Made by a program: the position numbers and the translations under genes. A stretch of 62,966 nucleotides of DNA, filler included, from Octopus bimaculoides (lineage: Eukaryota): the NCBI RefSeq assembly GCF_001194135.2. It is 5 parts of 5 records of this genome, joined end to end, with 100 filler letters (N's around TTAATTAATTAA, not from the genome) between each part and the next. Parts side by side here need not be neighbours in the genome. Positions count along the whole stretch, not along the records: positions 5,756 to 28,617 come from NC_068993.1; positions 28,718 to 31,815 come from NC_068985.1; positions 31,916 to 40,036 come from NC_068982.1; 2 more parts are not named here. One strand, given 5' to 3'. Positions within the stretch are counted from its first letter, which is position 1; every line of letters begins with the position of its first letter. The notes beneath the pieces were generated by a model. The model ran no database searches, was not told the DNA's origin, and was given only the letters and a program-made list of their open reading frames with translations. Below are positions 25,030-38,074 of this stretch, piece by piece.

Positions 25030-25490
25030 TGCAGGAAGGACTACCAGACGCATAAATCAAAGACTTGACAAAACCAGCAGGCATTCAAACCTTTATAAAC
25101 AAGGAAAACTGGTGGAATACCACAATAGAAATATCACTTCGGTGCAAACATAACATACTTGATATTGTTCTGTGAGACCGGGAACAAAAGTCATGCACTG
25201 TTGTTGAGGTCAGCTACCCAGCAGATGTGAATATAGCCAAAAGTTCAGGAACGAAGTAATAGTTATGGCGAATTAATGCGGAACTTACAGCTCTTGTATC
25301 CTAACTATGAATTTTCCTTTGTACCTATCATCATAGGTGCATTAGGTCATAAACCAAAAAATTTGCACGAAAGCATAAATACTCGGTTTCACGGAGAATG
25401 ACCAAAACAACTGACTGGGACTCTCCAAATCCGATCTATTAGCGATACAGTAAAGATTTATTAGACACTCCAAAAATTTTCCATCTGCAT
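25030..25490 (+). mobile_element. Second, diverged R4/Dong-clade endonuclease fragment
   Basis: NKENWWNTTIEISLRCKHNILDIVL*DREQKSCTVVEVSYPADVNI / YGELMRNLQLLYPNYEFSFVPIIIGALG. Confidence 0.8.
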
Positions 25491-25952
25491 ACGCATCGAC
25501 AGTTCAACCAAGACACCAACTCAACCACATATTTACAAACACTGGGAACTCTCTTAATCCAAAAAGAAAGCATGAAGAATTTCATTGTTTTGGTGCCATG
25601 CAACAAAAATTTGTATCAAAAATGCTGTGAGGTAAAATATGAAAAAATATATGGCAAAAAAATGGATTTAAGTATAATTAACTTCTTTTATCTTAAAAAT
25701 AAGCTATATTTTAATTAAGCTTAAATGATAGAGCTCAATTCGAGGAATTTCAAGTTATCAATTTCATGCAATGAAGTTTTAAAAAAGAAAAATTATGAGT
25801 ATTTGTTTCTCAAATTTGAGAGTGATAATATAGTTCTATACTTTTTCATGAGGACTTTTAATATATGTCACCAGCATCATTGAGGTAAGGAAAAAATTAT
25901 CAATGACACCGCTAATTGACACATTTGACATATTATTGATTAGCATAACACC

Positions 25953-26829
25953 ATAGCCTGGGAAAAAATGATTACATGGAAAAATGCGAGCAAGAGAAAT
26001 TATATTCTTAAGATTATAAATCTGGAAAAGTACAGGACAAGTTATTACACTTGGAAAACTTCAGGACAAGTTATTACATCTGGTAAAGTACAGAACAAGA
26101 CAAATTTTACTTAAAATATTGCAGCTAAGGATAAAATTTGAATATGAAAAATTATTACAAAGTAACATTATAATTAAAGAAGGTACCATCATTTTGTTAA
26201 AATATCGTCACACTAGAATACTTAAAAAATGAGAGCCAGAAGTACCAATATAGCTAAAATTTTATTCAAAGTAGAATAGTATATATGGTAGGCAAATTCC
26301 TTATGTAAAAAAAATAGGCATTAGGTCAAGACTAAAAATGTGAAGACTTGGCAATAACTCAAGCAAATTTCACTGTGAATTTGTTGCTATAGGTAGATTT
26401 TACAGTAATGTATAAGTGATTTTGTATTATTCTATTTATTGAACTAATTATGTACTATTATTATTTTTTATAACCTATTTTTAAATTTCTAATAATTAAT
26501 TAATAATTAAAAAAATGAAGTTTTTTGAAGTGCAAAAAAATATTTAAATTGAGTTATTTTTTATATTTAATAGAAGTAACAAGTAATAACAAATAGAAGA
26601 AATAGCTTGTAATAAAATTTTCAGTTTTAATAAAAGCTAATATTTTCTAAATCTAAATATTTTATCTGAAATTTTATCCTTAGCTGCAAAATTTCAAGTA
26701 AAAAATTTCTTATTCTGTACTTTACCAGATGCAATAACTTGTCCTGTACTTTTCCAGATTTATAATCTTAAAAATATTATTTCCCTTGCTCGCACTTTTC
26801 CATGTAATCATGTTTTTTTTCCGGGCTAT
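25953..26829. mobile_element. Non-autonomous TIR/fold-back DNA element (~190-bp TIRs, AT-rich core)
   Basis: atagcc(t/c)gg..aaaa.atgattacatggaaaa.tgcgagcaag...gcagctaaggataaaattt at 25953-26140 and inverted at ~26655-26829; TA on both sides of GCC..GGC; ~28-bp sub-terminal duplication in the left arm. Confidence 0.8.
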
Positions 26830-26855
26830 ATATATTAGTTAACAAATGTTGCAGC

Positions 26856-26942
<87 letters not shown>

Positions 26943-27440
26943 ACATACATACATGCATATTAGTTGATAAATCGTATAGTATACACCTGGTAGTTTGCCG
27001 GTAAAACACGTTCACTGTCTTAGTGTTGGGTATTTAATGAATGAGAGAGACGGAAGCTGGAAGATACTAGAATCATTATTGATCACGACAGTTGCTTTGA
27101 CCCATTTAGCATAGATCCCGCGCGAGTGGGCTACAGAACATCTGGTTTAGGTGTGTCCCTCGGTGCAGATATGTCTCCTTGGATGATTTCAAGAGGTATC
27201 TCGTTAAAATAAACTGTTTCGCATGATTCCTTCTTGGTCTTCGTTTGTAGAAATGACAGATTAAAGTAGACAGCTTCATTCTTATAGAAGATCCATAACA
27301 AATATCAGATCAAAAAAGAAACACATACGTAATACAGCGAAAGAAGTATTAGGTATAACTGTTAGTAGATATGGATGTACAAATGTCCACAGTTCTAAGA
27401 AATATAGATGAGTGTGCATGCGCGCACGCGTGTGTGTATG

Positions 27441-27471
<31 letters not shown>

Positions 27472-28418
27472 TGAAAATTGAAGATCATCTCCGTTCCTAT
27501 TTCTGAATCACTTCCGCTTCGGTTTGGTTAAAGATCAATTGCAACTTCACTTTCAAATACTTACATAAAATCCAATACTTTCCATTGAGTTTCACTCTCC
27601 AACTGGTGAATGTTGATGCATATATTATATACGTATATCTATATATGTGTGTGTGTATGCGTTTGTGTGTATGTGTGTTTGTATGTATGTATGTTTGGTA
27701 TTTATGTATGGTATGTATGTATATAAGTATGTAAGTATGTATGCATGTTTATGTATGAGAATGTATGCATGTATGTATGAATGTATATATGTATATATAC
27801 GTGTGCTTGTGTATGTATATAGATACATACATACGTACGAAAGTAATGGTAAGAGTTTATATCGTATGAATTAATAAAAGTAATTAGGTTGATTCCAAGA
27901 TACATGAAGCTACTGCTTTCGGAACTGTGTATCGTCAATATAAAACAAAAAAGAAAAGAAAAATGCTAAATATAAAACAAAAAAAATCCATTATAAAATC
28001 AATACTATTATAAGGACTGAGTTAACATATTGATATTTTTTTCGTATCAGTTAATATCTGCTCGTGTATAATTTCTAAATACACTTTTAATGAAATATTT
28101 CATATAACCATTAATGCTTATTATTCATGGAAGTTTTTGGTATAAGAAAAATGCATGTTTGGGTGAGTGTATGCCGTGCCGCATGTGTGTGTGTGTGTGC
28201 GCGCGCGTTTGTATGTTTATTGCAGTATTAAGTTTTCATTGAAAACGGACTTGGTGAGGCGGCTTCTTTTGCTTTTTCCAATAGAAAAGTTTCAGTTAAG
28301 TGGCTATTTTTGACGCGATAACATAGCAACTATCTTCTTTTTGCTCTTAAATTTATTGCCATGTAATTTATTACATGTAGAAAAACTTTATACATATATA
28401 TCTATTCAAATATATGCA

Positions 28419-28449
<31 letters not shown>

Positions 28450-28717
28450 CAAAGTTTTATAATTATAAGCATAATTATAATTAGGGTTCAGTAAAAAATG
28501 GCTTCACCACATATGCATATATTTCAATAGATGTATATGTATATATATGTATATATGTATGTATATGTATATATATGTATATAAATATGTATGTATATAT
28601 GTATATATGTATATATANNNNNNNNNNNNNNNNNNNNNNNNNNNNNNNNNNNNNNNNNNNNTTAATTAATTAANNNNNNNNNNNNNNNNNNNNNNNNNNN
28701 NNNNNNNNNNNNNNNNN

Positions 28718-28768
<51 letters not shown>

Positions 28769-28890
28769 ATATATATACATACATACATGTTTGTATGTAT
28801 GTATGTATGTGTGTTTATGCATGTATGTACATATATATACTCATACGCACATATGTATGTATACACAAACACACACACACACAAACACAT

Positions 28891-28928
<38 letters not shown>

Positions 28929-29116
28929 TATACATGTATTTATATGTATATATGTATGCTTGTATGTATGTGTATGCATGTATATGTATTATATATATGT
29001 ATGTATATACGTATATACGTATGTATATACGTATATACATACATATATATAATACTTATATGTATACATACTTATATGCATATATATGTGTGTGTGTGTG
29101 TGTATGTGTCTTGCGA

Positions 29117-29149
<33 letters not shown>

Positions 29150-29409
29150 CACGTGTATATAAATGCACACAGTGGTGTTTGGTTTTATGTATAGTTATGC
29201 ATAAAAACAAACATTTATATGACAAATTACTCACCAACTTTGAGTGTCAGATTATTTTTATAAGTAAAAGAATGACTGTAACTTCGAAGTTTCGAAAGTG
29301 TTCTTCATCTTTTAACACAATGCACTGAGAATTGAGGGTCCAAAAGGAGCAGGGATCAAAAGCGAACGGGTTCCAACTCTCTGCCGGCCTTAGCGCTACC
29401 GGTTTCTTA

Positions 29410-29484
29410 GAGAGAGAGAGAGAGAGAGAGANNNNNNNNNNNNNNNNNNNNNNNNNNNNNNNNNNNNNNNNNNNNNNNNNNNNN

Positions 29485-29515
<31 letters not shown>

Positions 29516-29522
29516 GAGAGAT

Positions 29523-29592
<70 letters not shown>

Positions 29593-29749
29593 TGACAGAA
29601 ACAGACAGACAGACAATGACAGAAACAGACAGACAGACAGACAGAAACAGACAGACAGACAGAAACAGAAAGACAGACAGAAACAGAAAGACAGACAGAC
29701 AGAGACAGTGAACGAAACAAACAAACAAAAGAAATGAAAAGAAAAGAAG

Positions 29750-29784
<35 letters not shown>

Positions 29785-29785
29785 A
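29410..29785. repeat. (GA)n/(GACA)n/(GAAA)n compound microsatellite with gap
   Basis: Direct runs. Confidence 0.9.
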
Positions 29786-30281
29786 GGAGAATTGCCCTCA
29801 CTCTTGTGTAGGAATATTAATTATCGTTACTGAGAAGATAAAAAAGAACGGTAGCCACGACGGGAAGCGAACTCAGAGCGTTTCTGTCTGAGTCTCTTAC
29901 GATTCTGGTAGTTCACAGCCTTAGTTGATATATTTGTGAACACGTTTATTTACGCTGGGTGAGATTGCATGCATGCATGTATGTATGTATGTATGTATGT
30001 ATGTATGTATGTATGCATGAATGTATGTATGTGTGTATGCATGCATGAATGTATATATGTATGTACGTACGTTCGTATGTATGTACGTATGTATCTATGT
30101 ATCTATGTACGTATGTATGTACGTAACTATGCATGCATGTGTATGCATGTATGTATGTATGTATGTATGTGTGTGTGTGTGTATGCAAGTATGTATATGT
30201 GAGCTTGTCTAAGTATAAGTTAGTATGAAAAAATGTATGCATGATTGTGAGCCTACTATGTATATAAGCTGTTGCTTGTAT

Positions 30282-30331
<50 letters not shown>

Positions 30332-30957
30332 TAAATAATACAGAATGGGACAAGGACGCAAAACATACAGACACACATATATAGACGCACACACGCAAAC
30401 ACACACACACACACACACACACATACATACATACATACATACATACATACATACATGCATGCAGTTTATTTATCTATGTAAGTATATTACGAACGTATGT
30501 TTCGAGCGTATGTTTTGAACGTATGTATGTCGCTATATTATATATGTATATATGTNNNNNNNNNNNNNNNNNNNNNNNNNNNNNNNNNNNNNNNNNNNNN
30601 NNNNNNNNNNNNNNNNNNNNNNNNNNNNNNNNNNNNNNNNNNNNNNNNNNNNNNNNNNNNNNNNNNNNNNNNNNNNNNNNNNNNNNNNNNNNNNNNNNNN
30701 NNNNNNNNNNNNNNNNNNNNNNNNNNNNNNNNNNNNNNNNNNNNNNNNNNNNNNNNNNNNNNNNNNNNNNNNNNNNNNNNNNNNNNNNNNNNNNNNNNNN
30801 NNNNNNNNNNNNNNNNNNNNNNNNNNNNNNNNNNNNNNNNNNNNNNNNNNNNNNNNNNNNNNNNNNNNNNNNNNNNNNNNNNNNNNNNNNNNNNNNNNNN
30901 NNNNNNNNNNNNNNNNNNNNNNNNNNNNNNNNNNNNNNNNNNNNNNNNNNNNNNNNN

Positions 30958-31001
<44 letters not shown>

Positions 31002-31544
31002 ACACACACACATGGACATATATATATATGCATGCACGCATATATCTATGTACACATGAGCGTATTTGTGTATGTGCGCGCGTGTGTGTATGTATGCTTG
31101 TGTGTATGTGTGTGTGTGTGTGTGCGTGTGTGTATCTGTGTGTGCGTATGTACGTGCTATAAGGGAGTGTGAGAGATTGTGAGTGAGTGGAATGTTATAA
31201 TATCAGACGGAAACCTGTGAACGCCCAATGTTGTTTGGGACAGTAATTAGTGATGTAAATTTAGCATCAAGTCATCCCCCTCAACCAGCCGTCACATCTT
31301 TAGAATGCGGGGGTGTGTATCGGCACGACATCTGCTGGAGAGAACCAACACTTTCACACGCTTCGTAACTCTACACCCGGCAAGGAAATTACGTTAAACC
31401 CTCGTCATCGTTCTCTCGACTCAGTTTATAGACGTTGTTGTTTTTCTTGTAGTGGGTGTTTATTGTTGTTGTTTTTCTTGTAGTGAGTGTTTATTGTTGT
31501 TGATGTCGTTGTGACGGTTGGCTGTTGTTATTGTTAAGAATTAT

Positions 31545-31760
31545 TCTTTTACTCTTTTACTCTTTTACTTGTTTCAGTCATTTGACTGCGGCCATGCTGG
31601 AGCACCGCCTTTTTAGTCGAGCAAATCGACCCCGGGATTTATTCTTTGTAAGCCTAGTACTTATTCTATCCGTCTCTTTTTGCCGAACCGCTAAGTTACG
31701 GGGACGTAAACACACCAGCATCGGTTGTCAAGCGATGTTGGGGGGGGGACAAACACAGAC
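31545..31760 (-). mobile_element. SINE family A, 3' half with (TTTTACT/C) tail repeats
   Basis: ttttactcttttactcttttacttgtttcagtcatttgactgcggccatgctggagcaccgcc... Confidence 0.9.
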
Positions 31761-34269
31761 ACACAAACATACACACACATATACACACATACACACACAC
31801 ATATATATATATATANNNNNNNNNNNNNNNNNNNNNNNNNNNNNNNNNNNNNNNNNNNNTTAATTAATTAANNNNNNNNNNNNNNNNNNNNNNNNNNNNN
31901 NNNNNNNNNNNNNNNTATATATATGTATGTATGTATGTACGTATGTAGGTAGGTATTGTAATGTATGGGGAGAGACATACTAGCTTGATTTCAAACACTC
32001 ACAGATTCAACTTCCGCTCATTATTTATATTTTTCCCTTTCCAAATCTTTTGTTGCTTTTGTAAACTTCTCAATTGATGTTCGCTCTGGACGTTATTGGA
32101 GGTGCGCTCCATATGTCTGTTTGTACGCATGTATTTGTGCCACCGTACCAGTGTGCTTGTGTATGCACATGTGTATGTATGCATGTGTCTGTATGGATAT
32201 ATGTATTTGTGTGTATACGTGTGTGTGTAGTGTGTGTGTGTGGAGTGTGTGTGCGTAGCTGTTCATGTGTGTTTGTCTCGTTTTGCGTGTATGTGTATGT
32301 ACGCTTGTCTGTCCACCCACACCCACACAAACACAAACGAATACACACATATGTGAGCAAGCACATAGTCACTGCTGATAAGACTATGACCGACTGGCGC
32401 AATTAATCTAGCGCTTTGGTCCTAAAGACGTTCATGGAGCAGTTATCTTCCCTCTCAGTGAGTATGTATATATATGAGTATATACATATATGTGTGTGTG
32501 TGTGCATGTATATATATATATATATATNNNNNNNNNNNNNNNNNNNNNNNNNNNNNNNNNNNNNNNNNNNNNNNNNNNNNNNNNNNNNNNNNNNNNNNNN
32601 NNNNNNNNNNNNNNNNNNNNNNNNNNNNNNNNNNNNNNNNNNNNNNNNNNNNNNNNNNNNNNNNNNNNNNNNNNNNNNNNNNNNNNNNNNNNNNNNNNNN
32701 NNNNNNNNNNNNNNNNNNNNNNNNNNNNNNNNNNNNNNNNNNNNNNNNNNNNNNNNNNNNNNNNNNNNNNNNNNNNNNNNNNNNNNNNNNNNNNNNNNNN
32801 NNNNNNNNNNNNNNNNNNNNNNNNNNNNNNNNNNNNNNNNNNNNNNNNNNNNNNNNNNNNNNNNNNNNNNNNNNNNNNNNNNNNNNNNNNNNNNNNNNNN
32901 NNNNNNNNNNNNNNNNNNNNNNNNNNNNNNNNNNNNNNNNNNNNNNNNNNNNNNNNNNNNNNNNNNNNNNNNNNNNNNNNNNNNNNNNNNNNNNNNNNNN
33001 NNNNNNNNNNNNNNNNNNNNNNNNNNNNNNNNNNNNNNNNNNNNNNNNNNNNNNNNNNNNNNNNNNNNNNNNNNNNNNNNNNNNNNNNNNNNNNNNNNNN
33101 NNNNNNNNNNNNNNNNNNNNNNNNNNNNNNNNNNNNNNNNNNNNNNNNNNNNNNNNNNNNNNNNNNNNNNNNNNNNNNNNNNNNNNNNNNNNNNNNNNNN
33201 NNNNNNNNNNNNNNNNNNNNNNNNNNNNNNNNNNNNNNNNNNNNNNNNNNNNNNNNNNNNNNNNNNNNNNNNNNNNNNNNNNNNNNNNNNNNNNNNNNNN
33301 NNNNNNNNNNNNNNNNNNNNNNNNNNNNNNNNNNNNNNNNNNNNNNNNNNNNNNNNNNNNNNNNNNNNNNNNNNNNNNNNNNNNNNNNNNNNNNNNNNNN
33401 NNNNNNNNNNNNNNNNNNNNNNNNNNNNNNNNNNNNNNNNNNNNNNNNNNNNNNNNNNNNNNNNNNNNNNNNNNNNNNNNNNNNNNNNNNNNNNNNNNNN
33501 NNNNNNNNNNNNNNNNNNNNATCTAAAATATATATAATATAATATATATAAATATATACAAGAGATTTTTTTTATATGCGTGTGTGTGTGTATGTTCCTT
33601 ATGCATTCCAAATATCGAGTTGCCGATTTTGACGTAACTGGTATCCAAATATTCAGTAAAATTTGCCTACCAACTAAACTATATTTTCATTCACATATTT
33701 GCATTACAAAAAATTAACAATATCATTTTTCTTTTAGTCACCTATCGTAAACGATATTTTATATCACCACGACGATGACGTCGCATTTTCTATATGAGTG
33801 TTCACACGTTCGTTACCTATGTTACGCCCATGACTGACATGCATATGTGTGTGATGGTGTATGTGTCTGTCAGTATACATATTTTTTTTGTGATGATTGA
33901 CACACACACACGCAACAAAAGGCAGAGACAGACACACATAGGGACCGAAATAAGCTTTATGTGTGCGTGAATATACGTTTGTACGTCTGTCTCTTAGTCT
34001 ATGCATGTAATCCCCCCCCACCAAGAGTGAAACGCGCTGATATTGAAAGCTTAAAACAGCGTTCACTTTCAAGTACTACCAATATGAAGATTTGGCTGAT
34101 TTAACACCACTCACAATGCTCGCAAATATCTGGAAAATAGGATTAGTCTAGTTATTATAAGGAATTCGGAAACTGTGCGAAGTAGAAAACCTCAGCGGCT
34201 CTTTCGATATAATAACAGAAATATTATTCCACTCCTTCTAACTAGTTTCAAGATAATTTTTTTTAACAG

Positions 34270-34289
34270 TCCTTGTAGTCTTCATCACT
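34270..34289 (+). CDS. Candidate 20-nt micro-exon (xLVVFIT if coding)
   Basis: ttttttttaacAG | tccttgtagtcttcatcact | GTGAGT; both splice sites are strong. Coding status unknown. Confidence 0.3.
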
Positions 34290-34400
34290 GTGAGTATCTC
34301 CGTCGCACAACTTTTTTACTGAGTTACTTAGTATTTATTTTACAGCCTATAATGTTATATAGTTTGTGTGTGCGCATGTGTGTGTGTTTGTGTGTGTGTT

Positions 34401-34431
<31 letters not shown>

Positions 34432-36179
34432 TTGGGTGTGTGTGTGTAAGAATTTTGTTATCCTTCAGCCTAACTGTATGGCATCTTGGACAAATGTCAT
34501 CTACTATAAGCCGCGCGGACCAAGAGCTAGTGAAGCCCGTAGTGTATGTATATATGCACGCATACATATGTAAAGGCTTAGAAGTTATAGACGTTAAATT
34601 CGTACAAGATAATATGTATTTATGTATCAGTTAGACACGGATGATATTAGGAATTTACGTAAAATAAAGACTATATTTAATCTGAAGAGTTTAAACAAGA
34701 AAAATTACGAGATATTCAAATACATGAAAATTGAAATATTACCTAAAAGGCGAGGTAAATTTCTAAGCCATGTGAATTATCAGAAGTATTTACCATTCAA
34801 TAATGAGTGGGGCAATGCCATATAGATAATGTTGACTTTTAGGTAGGCATCTGTAAATGAATTATATTCAAATTTTATTCAATGAAAAGTGTCTGTAAAG
34901 TATATTGGCTCCAAAAATCTTTTTGCAAATTTACCAAGGAATTAATAACTGTTTTAAAACATAACAATTAGAGGTTATTCAACTTGAACGTAAAAGGATA
35001 AATGCAAAGAATAATAACAATGAAGTACAATGAGTATATTTTCAAGTTTTACTAGTCGACTTTGCTAGTCAAGTTTGCTATCTTAATTAAATTTTATTAT
35101 CCACGACATTAGAGCGAAAATAAGTTAAAGTCCAATTCATAATTAATAACGTGATTGCTAAAGCAATTATAATTAAATTTGTTAAACTTAATCTCTAATT
35201 GCTAATTAGATTGTTATTATATAAAATTGTATTAACTATAGATTTTTTTTTTTAAATTTATGTATTCAATAACACCTAATATATTACATACACAGATCGG
35301 CGAAAATTTCAAATTAAGAATTAAAATATTGCTACTGAGATATATAAGTTTTTTCTTAATCAAATGAATTTAAATCGCTTCGAAGTTGACTCCTAGTAAA
35401 AACACTCCCGATAAGACGATATTATAACACAGAAAATGTTTGGATTCTGTGGGGACATCTTTTACTTAACGCTTCAAATTAGTTGGTTTTGGTTCTACAT
35501 ACATAGCAACATCTGGAAAATTTCCATGTAACATACGATGTAATGTAATTGTCATATGTCGTTAAAATATTTGTTGGGGTATTACCTGGGAAATATCCAA
35601 AGGAGTATGACCTGGTTCCTGAAAATACAAACTTCATAATGTTATGTATTTAATTAAGCTGTTGTACTCATATCTGGAATAAGCGTCCTATGGAAACACA
35701 TGTCGAGATACCCTGAAATACCCATTTATTTAATTCTAGTTCTTTATAAATTACCCTGTCTCAGATATACCAGCTATTCTTTGGACACATCCATTGATTC
35801 ATACTCCAGTGCACAAATGTTCCAATCCTGCATTTAGTGCCTATATGAACGGTTAAACTACCTGGAAGTTTCGGAGTAATATGTCTAACCCAAAATGCTC
35901 CGAGTAGGTACCATGTCAATTTGCCTTGATCTAATCGATCCCTTCTCTTTGTTTCTTTCTCTCAATTTTCTTCACCTTCTTGCTTTCTGTCTTTTTCTCT
36001 CTCTCTATCTTACTCTGTATATATACATACATACATACATACGTATATATATATATATAAAACACAATTAAGATTCAGTTTTATTAGGTACTTAATTTGC
36101 GTACTTAAAGATTCAGGTCACTGTATAGTAGCAAGTGTTATATGTAAATGTACAATAATGACGGAAATTAATAACTTTA

Positions 36180-36385
36180 TTTACACAGGGTGCTCTGTAC
36201 ATATGAACAAAGAACGTTTGAATAACCGTCTTTCTTCCTCTAGACTTAGGCAAAAATCCAGCAGTACGTCATTATCAACGAAGATTTGGGAACTGAAGAG
36301 CCATAGAGAAATAGCCACTATGGGTATGAACAATATTGTTTGGAGATATATGGAATATTCAAATATAGAAACAAAAACAACGTAA
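36180..36385 (+). mobile_element. Penelope-like element GIY-YIG relic, lineage 1
   Basis: FIYTGCSVHMNKERLNNRLSSSRLRQKSSSTSLSTKIWELK...IVWR resembles the YxG..KxRxxNHxxSF..TxLSxxIWxLK..IxW motif of PLE endonucleases. Confidence 0.65.
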
Positions 36386-37386
36386 TTAATAATAAATCAG
36401 ATCTCAGGGTGTCAGGTCGTCATAGGATTACCAGTACCATTATATAATTTAGAAGCAGTTTATAATAAATGCCCCATACTGTATCTTTGGTGACATAAGT
36501 TACTCAATGCACCCTATCTTTCATAGCTTACTCTCTGTGATATTGAATTCAGTTCAGTAATACATTCTAATGACACTTAGCCCCTCTTATACCTTACGTA
36601 TAGCTAAAAGCACTCTCTACGTACAGCATTGTCTAGTGATCTGATATTTATATAATTTGTAAAATGAAATGATTCGTTATGAAAAGTTCTGTGATTTCTC
36701 ATGTATATTAAAGTTTTTGTTTTTAATAATTTATGTATAATTTTATCCTTCACCTATACATTTAATATTATATTTATTGCTATAATATCATAAATATTCT
36801 AAATAGTGAACACCTTTTCCTCTTTTATGAATTTGATTTCCACCCCTACTTTCTAATACTTATTGTAGTAGTTTACTATGACTTTCCCTTTTAATACGAT
36901 AGTCAAAATAAGTATTATCACCACTCGCTATACATTTTTCTACTTTTTTCTTCTACTTATCAACCCTGCCCATCACTCATTCCCTTATTACTAAACCATG
37001 CCTTACGCACTTTTGTAGATAAAGCCGGACGTATTGTTTCATAACACATGCTAGTTTAGTAGGCCGAAATAATAATAATTAATTTATCATCAATGACCAG
37101 AATACATATACAACCCCCCTAAGACTTAATTGTAGACGGTTGGAGACAATTCCCCTTCTTTTGGCTTGAAGTATAGGTAACTGAGTCACTGATTTGAATT
37201 ATTCATTTCCCCTACTATAACTTCTATTCTCCTCTAAAATCTAATTGATCTGACACGATATAAACTATTTGGTAAATTAACCCTGCCAACTGGATAGCAG
37301 CAGAATCAATGTAAATATTCTGGCTCTGTGGAGTTGTGACTATATTAAATCAGTCGAATTGTCCTTTATAATTGAAGTCCATGCAG

Positions 37387-37452
37387 TCATCTGACGAAAA
37401 CGGTTTCTTTACATTAATCAATCAAAGGATTCGCTTGAAACGAATGTAATGA
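37387..37452 (+). ncRNA. Type I hammerhead ribozyme motif upstream of the Penelope GIY-YIG relic
   Basis: TCAT-CTGACGA(37391-37397)-aaacggtttcttt..aaaggattcgctt-GAAAC(37437-37441)-GAAT-GTA-ATGA. Confidence 0.7.
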
Positions 37453-37484
37453 ATTGACACCTCTTTGTGGCTCATATATATATC

Positions 37485-37874
37485 ATTGTATCCAAATGCA
37501 ATGATAGCCGATGCGGTACATGCGGATCAATCCATACCGGACCATATATGAACACAAAAACAGGAAAAATATTCACCAATGCGAGCATGAACTGCAGAAG
37601 TAGAAATCTAATCTACTGCATCAAATGCCCTAATTGTGAAGAACTGTAGGTTGGCCAGACATGTAATGCACTATCGGAACGCTCACGGGTGCATCGACAA
37701 CAGATTAAACACCCAGAAGTCCGCCAAATACCACTGAGTAACCATCTGGCAACATGTGGTCATCAAACTTTTATTATATTTCTATTCCATAAACTTTACA
37801 ACCGGAATGAAATTGAGAGAAAATGCAAAGAGGACCTTATTAAGAAATTCAAACCCACTCTTAACAAACAATGA
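37485..37874 (+). mobile_element. Penelope-like element GIY-YIG endonuclease, lineage 2 (one in-frame stop)
   Basis: KCNDSRCGTC...NCRSRNLIYCIKCPNCEEL*VGQT...LSERSRVHRQQIKHP...E.LIKKFKPTLN: CxxC pairs plus LIY/YVG and PxLN; both ORF-track pieces share one frame. Confidence 0.9.
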
Positions 37875-37885
37875 TTAAATTTATC

Positions 37886-38074
37886 TTACTTGGAGTTTAA
37901 AAATCTTATCCCGATAACTAAAGCACAAAAAATCTCTCAAATGCCATCATTTCTAAAAATAAATTTGGCATCATTTCTAAGAATAGCCAAACACCTACTG
38001 GGTTTTAAAATCTTATCCCTACAACCAAAACACAAAACAATTTCTCAAATGTCATCATTTCTTAAAATAAATTT
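37886..38074. repeat. ~110-bp tandem repeat (two copies, runs into gap)
   Basis: tttaaaa.tcttatccc..a.a.c.aaa.cacaaaa.a.t.tctcaaatg.catcatttct.aaaataaattt twice. Confidence 0.75.
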
